DNA of 64,000 nucleotides from contig OZ241326.1 of NCBI GenBank assembly GCA_965199855.1, positions 2,272,001 to 2,336,000 of the forward strand, read 5' to 3'. The first letter of the stretch is position 1. Every line of letters starts with the position of its first letter. Origin of the DNA: a bacterium (GTDB lineage Bacteria; UBA8248). The notes under the pieces are model-generated. The model searched no databases. It was not told where the DNA came from and saw only the letters and a list, made by a program, of their open reading frames with translations. Positions 58,549 to 64,000 of the stretch are shown here, piece after piece. Made by a program: the position numbers and the translations under genes.

Positions 58549-59313
58549 CTAGAGCCACCCTCCTCCGTCCTCGAAAATCCGCTCGCCCGTGAGGTAGGCC
58601 GAAGCGTCCGAGGCCAGAAAAACCGCCAGCCCCACGATGTCCTCCGGCTCGCCCACGCGCCCCAGAATCGTCTTCTCCGACAGCCGCGCCTCGGCCGCCG
58701 GGTCCTCCAGGGCGGACGCGAGCATCGGCGTGCGATGGACGCCCGGGCAGATGCAGTTCACGCGCACGCCCCGCGCGCCCCATTCCGCCGCGAGCGCCTT
58801 CGTGAGGCCCACGACGCCGTATTTGCTCGCGTTGTAGGCCGCGCGCGCGGGCCGGTGGCCCCGCTCGCCGAGGAAGGTGCCCACGTTCACGATGCTGCCG
58901 GCGCCGCGCCGCAGCATCCCGCGCCCCACCGCCTGGGCGCAGAGGAAAGCGCCCGTCAGGTTCACGTCGAGCACGAAGCGGAAATCCTCGGGCGATACGT
59001 CCACGCTCGCGTCCGCGTTCAGGACGCCCGCCCCGTTCACGAGAACGTCGATGCCGCCGAGCGCCTCTTCCGTCCGCGCCACGGCGCGCGCCACCTCCTC
59101 CGCCCGGGAGACGTCCGCCCCGATGGCCAAGCTCCCGCGTCCCAGCGCCTCGACGCGGCGCGCCGTCTCCGCGACGAGACGCTCCCGCCTGCCCAGGGCG
59201 GCCACGTCCGCGCCCGCCTCGGCCAGACCCAGCGCCATGGCGGCGCCCAGCCCCGTGCCCGCGCCCGTCACGAGGGCCGCTTTTCCGTCCAGGCGAAATT
59301 TTTCGAGTATCAA
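58549..59313 (-). CDS. Short-chain dehydrogenase/reductase (KduD/IdnO-like)
   Basis: TGAGTGLG, YNASK, VNCICPG, DGGGWL. Confidence 0.9.
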   Translation of the reverse strand: MILEKFRLDGKAALVTGAGTGLGAAMALGLAEAGADVAALGRRERLVAETARRVEALGRGSLAIGADVSRAEEVARAVARTEEALGGIDVLVNGAGVLNADASVDVSPEDFRFVLDVNLTGAFLCAQAVGRGMLRRGAGSIVNVGTFLGERGHRPARAAYNASKYGVVGLTKALAAEWGARGVRVNCICPGVHRTPMLASALEDPAAEARLSEKTILGRVGEPEDIVGLAVFLASDASAYLTGERIFEDGGGWL

Positions 59314-59490
59314 GCCCGCGCTCCCCGGCGATGCGGGTCGGGCGACTCCGCATCGGCCCCGCCAAACCGCCCCAACCTAGGAGATGGGGGGCGGGGTGTC
59401 AACGCGAAGGGGCGAACGGGAGGCGGGGCGCGGCGTCCGTCCTCCGCGCCTCCCGTTGCCGGAAGGGATGATGAAGGATAAGGTGGCGGC

Positions 59491-60162
59491 ATGAGCCGCT
59501 CCCCTGCGGATGAGACGCGGAAAGCCTGCCCCCTGTGCCGCTCGCGCGAGGCCCGGCGGTGGCTCCGCGCCGACGCGCGGGAGTATTTCCACTGCCCCGT
59601 CTGCCGGCTCGTCTTCGTTCCGCCCGCCTTCTGGCCCGCGCCGGAGGAGGAGAAGGCGAGATACGAGCGGCACCGGAATTCGCCTGCGGACGCGAATTAC
59701 GCCGCTTTTCTGAGGCGGCTGAGCGGCCCTCTGGCGCGAAGATCGCCCCAAGGGGCGCGGGGGCTGGACTTCGGCGCGGGGCCCGCCGCCGGGGGAGACC
59801 CCGTTCTGTGCCGAATCCTGCGGGAGGCCGGGCTCGCGCCCGCGCCCTTCGACCCCTTCTTTTTCCCGGACATGCCCGATGGCCCCTTCGACTTCATCGC
59901 GGCGAGCGAGACGTTCGAGCATTTCAGGCGCCCCGCGCGCGAGATCGCGAAAATCCATGAACTTCTCAGGCCGGGCGGGCTGCTCGGCGTCATGACGGCG
60001 TTCTGGGATGAATCCCTCTTCATCAACAACTGGCACTACCGGCGCGACTTCACCCACCTGTGCTTCTACCGGCCGGAGACTTTTCGGTGGATCGAGGAGC
60101 GCTTCGGGTTCTCGCGCCTCTGGACGGACGGCCGCCGCGTCGTCATCCTGAAGAAGCCGTAG
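59491..60162 (+). CDS. Class I SAM-dependent methyltransferase with N-terminal Zn-binding motif
   Basis: CPLC..CPVC, GLDFGAGP, ETFEH, WHYRRDFTH. Confidence 0.88.
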   Translation: MSRSPADETRKACPLCRSREARRWLRADAREYFHCPVCRLVFVPPAFWPAPEEEKARYERHRNSPADANYAAFLRRLSGPLARRSPQGARGLDFGAGPAAGGDPVLCRILREAGLAPAPFDPFFFPDMPDGPFDFIAASETFEHFRRPAREIAKIHELLRPGGLLGVMTAFWDESLFINNWHYRRDFTHLCFYRPETFRWIEERFGFSRLWTDGRRVVILKKP

Positions 60163-60321
60163 CCGGCCATTCCCGCGCCCGCGCCTTCGTCCGCCCCCGA
60201 AGCGCGCGCCCCCCGAACGCTCCCCTCCCCGGCGCGCTTCGGCGCGGCTTGCCGCCCTCCCGTCCGGTGTGGCATCCTTTCGCGCAGGGAAGCCCTTTGA
60301 TTCGCCTGAGGAGCCGCCCCC

Positions 60322-62055
60322 TTGCGCGCGCTGAAAACGGACGTTCTCATCCTCGGATCGGGCGGGGCGGGGCTTCTCGCCGCCCTCGCCGCGAGCGAGG
60401 CGAGACCGCGCCCCCAGATCACCGTGGCCGTGAAGGGTCTCTTCGGCAAAAGCGGCTGCACGCGCATGGTGCAGGGCGGCTACAACGCGGCCCTCGCCGA
60501 GTCCGACTCGGTGGAGAAGCACTTTCTCGACACCCTGAAGGGCGGGGCGTGGATCAACGATCAGGAGCTCGCCTGGACGCTCGTGAGCCGCGCGCCCGGC
60601 TGCGTGGAGCGGCTCGAGACGGTGTGCGGCTGCTTCTTCGACAGAAACGAGGACGGCGCGATTCACCAGAAGGCGTTCGCCGGCCAGAGCTTCGACAGAA
60701 CGGTTCACAAGGGCGACCTCACGGGCATCGAGATCACCAACCGCGTGGCGGAGCAGCTCGCGCGCCGCGAGGTGGAGACGCTCGAGGAAACGCGGGCGGT
60801 GGCGCTCCTGCCCGCCAGGAAGGAGCCCGAGCGCGTCGCGGGCGCCCTGCTGCTCGACGTCCGCAGCGGCGCGTTCATCGCCGTCAACGCGAAATGCGTC
60901 CTCCTCGCCACGGGCGGCGGCCCCACGCTCTACAAAATCTCCGCCTGCGCGCAGGAGCTCGCCACGGACGGCATGGCGATGGCCTGGGAAGTGGGCGCCT
61001 CCTTCCGCGACATGGAGATGGTGCAGTTCCACCCGACGGGCATCCTGACGGGGGACGGCCTCCAGATCACGGGCACGCTGCTCGAGGAGGGCCTGCGCGG
61101 GGCGGGGGGGCATCTGAAGAACGCGGACGGCGAGCGCTACATGGCGCGCTACGACCCCGGGCACATGGAGCGCGCCACGCGCGACGTGGTCGCCCGCGCG
61201 GGCTACACCGAGATCATCGAGGGCCGGGGCACGGAGCGCGGCGGGGTGTTCATCGACGTGAGCCACCTGGGGCGCGCCTTCGTTCGCGGGAACTTCAAGG
61301 GCATGGTCGATCGCTGCGCCGACCTGGGGTATGACCTCGCGGGCGGCCCCGTGGAGGTGACGCCCACCGCGCACTACATGATGGGCGGGGTGGAGATCGA
61401 CTCCTCGTGCCGCGCGAACCTCGCCGGCCTCTACGCCGCCGGCGAGGACGCGGGGGGCGCGCACGGCGCGAACCGCCTGGGCGGAAACGGGGTGGCCAAC
61501 GCCACGGTGTTCGGCGAGATAGCGGGCGAGGCGATGGCGGAGGAGGCGGCGGAATCCCCCCTCATGCCCCTGGACCCGGAAAAAATCGCCGAGGCGGAGG
61601 CGAAAGCCCTGGACGCGCTGGGCGAGGGCGAATCCCCCTACCCCGTCCGGGCGGCGCTCAAGGAGACGATGTGGCGAAAGGCGGGGCTGCGAAGAAGCGG
61701 CCGGGACCTCGAAAGCGGCCTCGGGGAGATTCTCGCGCTGCAGGAGCGCGCGGCCTCCGTCCGCGCGGGCGGCGCGCGCGCCTACAACCTCGCCTGGCAG
61801 AACGCGATTGACGTGAGGAACCAGCTGTGCGCGGCGGAGCTCATCGCGCGCTCCGCCCTCGAGCGCGACGAGAGCCGGGGCAGCCACTACCGGGACGACC
61901 ACCCCGGGCCGGGGAGCGGGAGCCTCTACAACGTATTCATCAGGCGCGAAGGCGGGGGCGCGGCCATCGAGCGAAGGCCCGTCTCGTTCACCCGCCTGGA
62001 GCCAGAGGCGGCTCCGGCCGCCCAGGGCGCGCCCGAGCCCAACTTCATCGACTGA
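60322..62055 (+). CDS. Succinate dehydrogenase/fumarate reductase family flavoprotein (TfrA-like)
   Basis: GSGGAG, KSGCTRMVQGG, QFHPTG, RDVVAR, HYMMGG, HGANRLGGN, ESRGSHYR. Confidence 0.92.
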   Translation: MRALKTDVLILGSGGAGLLAALAASEARPRPQITVAVKGLFGKSGCTRMVQGGYNAALAESDSVEKHFLDTLKGGAWINDQELAWTLVSRAPGCVERLETVCGCFFDRNEDGAIHQKAFAGQSFDRTVHKGDLTGIEITNRVAEQLARREVETLEETRAVALLPARKEPERVAGALLLDVRSGAFIAVNAKCVLLATGGGPTLYKISACAQELATDGMAMAWEVGASFRDMEMVQFHPTGILTGDGLQITGTLLEEGLRGAGGHLKNADGERYMARYDPGHMERATRDVVARAGYTEIIEGRGTERGGVFIDVSHLGRAFVRGNFKGMVDRCADLGYDLAGGPVEVTPTAHYMMGGVEIDSSCRANLAGLYAAGEDAGGAHGANRLGGNGVANATVFGEIAGEAMAEEAAESPLMPLDPEKIAEAEAKALDALGEGESPYPVRAALKETMWRKAGLRRSGRDLESGLGEILALQERAASVRAGGARAYNLAWQNAIDVRNQLCAAELIARSALERDESRGSHYRDDHPGPGSGSLYNVFIRREGGGAAIERRPVSFTRLEPEAAPAAQGAPEPNFID

Positions 62056-62073
62056 CGCCGGAGCGGAGCCGGA

Positions 62074-62418
62074 ATGACGCGCCCCAAGGAAGCGGCGAGG
62101 ACGCCCGCCTGGAAGATCAACGCCTGGCGCTCGATGTATCCGGGCATGTGGGCCTGGGCGCTGCAGAGGGTCTCCGCCCTCGCGCTCATCGTTCTTTTCC
62201 CGATTCACGTGATGAACCCCTACGTCGATTCGGTGCGAATCGCCATGCTGCTCCTGGTCGTCTGGCACGCCATGCACGGCGTCAAGGTGATTCTGACCGA
62301 CTTCGGCTTTCCGGATCGGCACCAGAGAAAGCTCCTGTGGGTTCTGTCCGCCGCGGGCGCCGCCGCCTTCTTCTGGCTCGCCTTCGCGCACAGGGACTAC
62401 TGGAGGTTCGCGGCGTGA
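62074..62418 (+). CDS. Small cytochrome b / membrane anchor subunit (SdhC/SdhD-like)
   Basis: WALQRVSA, IH, WHAMHG; 3 TM segments. Confidence 0.8.
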   Translation: MTRPKEAARTPAWKINAWRSMYPGMWAWALQRVSALALIVLFPIHVMNPYVDSVRIAMLLLVVWHAMHGVKVILTDFGFPDRHQRKLLWVLSAAGAAAFFWLAFAHRDYWRFAA

Positions 62419-63203
62419 GCGCGGAGAAGGAAGAAAAGCGGACGGAGAAGCCGCGGACGGCGCGCGTTCTCGTCCGCAGGGGCGGGGCGGCGGGCGGCGC
62501 GGACGAGCGCGTGGACGCCTTCGAGGTCGCGGCCTCCCCGCGCATGACGGTGCTCGACGCGCTGGTCGCCATCCAGACCGGGCAGGACGCCACCCTCTCG
62601 TTCCGCTACTCCTGCCGGGTGGGCATGTGCGGCACCTGCGCCGTCAGCGTCAACGGCCGCCCCGCCTGGGCCTGCCGGACGCGGCTGGACGGCCTGGGCG
62701 GGGAGATCGCGCTGGCGCCCCTGCCGAACTTCCCGGCGCTGCGCGACCTGGCGGTCGATATGTCGCCGTTCTTCGACAAGATGAAAAGGGCGCGCGGCTG
62801 GCTCGAGCCCACCGAGGAGGCGGCGAAGGCGCCCGCGAGGATTTCGCCGGGCGCGCGCGAGCGCAGGCGCATCGAGCCGCACGTCGAGTGCATCACGTGC
62901 GGCGTGTGCTATGCTTCCTGCTCCATCGTGGAGCACGACGGCGGCTACCTGGGGCCCGCGGCGCTCAACCGCGCCTGGACGCTCGTGAACGACAGCCGCG
63001 ACGCCCGGGGCGCGGGGAGGCTCCTGGAGGTCTGCGCGGAGGACGGCGCCTGGCGCTGCCATTCGCAATACAACTGCGCGGAGAGCTGCCCCAAGGGCAT
63101 CAGCCCGACGGCCGCCATCAAGGGGCTGCAGCGCCGCGCCCTGTCGGGGGGCGTCCGGCGATTCGCCGCCTCCATTTTCCGCGGAAGCGCGCCCGGCGGA
63201 TGA
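62415..63203 (+). CDS. Succinate dehydrogenase/fumarate reductase iron-sulfur subunit
   Basis: SCRVGMCGTC..C, CITCGVCYASC, CHSQYNCAESCP. Confidence 0.93.
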   Translation: MSAEKEEKRTEKPRTARVLVRRGGAAGGADERVDAFEVAASPRMTVLDALVAIQTGQDATLSFRYSCRVGMCGTCAVSVNGRPAWACRTRLDGLGGEIALAPLPNFPALRDLAVDMSPFFDKMKRARGWLEPTEEAAKAPARISPGARERRRIEPHVECITCGVCYASCSIVEHDGGYLGPAALNRAWTLVNDSRDARGAGRLLEVCAEDGAWRCHSQYNCAESCPKGISPTAAIKGLQRRALSGGVRRFAASIFRGSAPGG

Positions 63204-63222
63204 GCGCGCGGAGGACATCGAC

Positions 63223-64000
63223 ATGCCGACCATGGAAGCGCGAGCCATCAGCAGCGAACTGATCAGGGAGGTGGCCTTCGAGCTCAACCGCCGCGCCGCC
63301 ATCGGCATCCCGAAGGACGTGGGCGAGAGCATCGCCGACATGGCGGAGCGCGAGACCGAGAAGCTCTCGAAGTTCGTGCTCCTGGAAATCGTCAGCAACT
63401 ACCAGGTCGCCGTGGAGGAGCAGCGCCCCATGTGCGCCGACACGGGGCTGCCGCGCTTCTACGCCAAGGTGGGAAACGAGGCGGCCGTCGAGGGCGGCTT
63501 CGTGGCGCTCGAGCGCGCGGTTCGCCGGGGAACGGCGGACGCCACCGAGCGCGTCCCCCTGCGCCCGAACCGCGTCCACCCCCTCAGCCGGCATGACTAC
63601 AACAACAACGTGGGCATCCACGCCCCCACGGTGGACTACTCCTGGGAGCCGGACGCCGACTGGCTGGAGCTCACCAGCTTCCACAAGGGCGGCCTCTTCG
63701 GGGGAGACTACCGGATGCTCTTCCCCACCGACGGCATCGAGGGCGTCAAGCGCTTCTTCCTCGACGTGATCAGCGAGTTCTTCAAGCGCGGCCTCTCCTG
63801 CCAGCCGGCCATCGTGGGCGTGGGCATCGGCGGCACGAAGGACACCTGCGTGCGCCTCGCCAAGGAGGCGGCCTGCCTCCGCGTGGTGGGCGACAGGAAC
63901 CCCGACCCCGAAATCGCCGCGCTCGAGGAGGAGCTGAACGAGCTCGGCCGCAGGACGAGCCTGGGCCCCATGGGCTTCAAGGGCGAGGGCGCGGTGATGG
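63223..64000 (+). CDS. Class I fumarate hydratase / tartrate dehydratase alpha subunit (partial, runs off window)
   Basis: Own translation: MPTMEARAISSELIREV...PMCADTG...LRPN...CQPAIVGVGIGGT...GPMG; GGAGG RBS. Confidence 0.88.
   Translation, partial: MPTMEARAISSELIREVAFELNRRAAIGIPKDVGESIADMAERETEKLSKFVLLEIVSNYQVAVEEQRPMCADTGLPRFYAKVGNEAAVEGGFVALERAVRRGTADATERVPLRPNRVHPLSRHDYNNNVGIHAPTVDYSWEPDADWLELTSFHKGGLFGGDYRMLFPTDGIEGVKRFFLDVISEFFKRGLSCQPAIVGVGIGGTKDTCVRLAKEAACLRVVGDRNPDPEIAALEEELNELGRRTSLGPMGFKGEGAVM

Noticed and set aside
59377-62391. 1004-aa minus-strand ORF and similar long antisense ORFs (36179..38860, 29435..31786, 9241..11487, 3145..5541)
   Set aside because: Shadow frames of well-supported genes in high-GC DNA; no motifs

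Overview
GC-rich bacterial chromosomal window, mostly housekeeping and catabolic genes: pyrR; a TAXI-TRAP / VOC / 2-hydroxyacid dehydrogenase / (methyl)citrate synthase / aconitase / PrpF cluster; tandem acyl-CoA synthetases; aroA, tenA, tag, cvpA, rimI, pgi; hydantoinase A plus a frameshifted B; gap-pgk-tpiA-secG; a peptide ABC transporter; tRNA-Leu(GAG); def; and a TfrA-like succinate dehydrogenase/fumarate reductase plus class I fumarase operon. Four visibly more AT-rich accessory stretches interrupt it (about 700-2005, 5530-6920, 26100-28580, 33566-34090). The most interesting signal is a non-coding element of about 300 bp present twice in inverted orientation (28261-28560 and 33580-34035). 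Each copy has a perfect IHF consensus site, 10-bp-periodic G(A/C)ATTTG(T/C) direct repeats at both ends facing each other, and a central pseudo-palindromic core. In the second copy that core is duplicated (14 bp) around a 120-bp all-hairpin insert. This resembles tyrosine-recombinase attachment-site architecture, yet no recombinase is encoded in the window. Copy 1 directly follows a low-GC ABC-ATPase + PIN nuclease operon (candidate defence/TA system). Also notable is an HNH nuclease/membrane protein gene split by one in-frame amber codon. All calls are from reading motifs by eye; no database searches were run.
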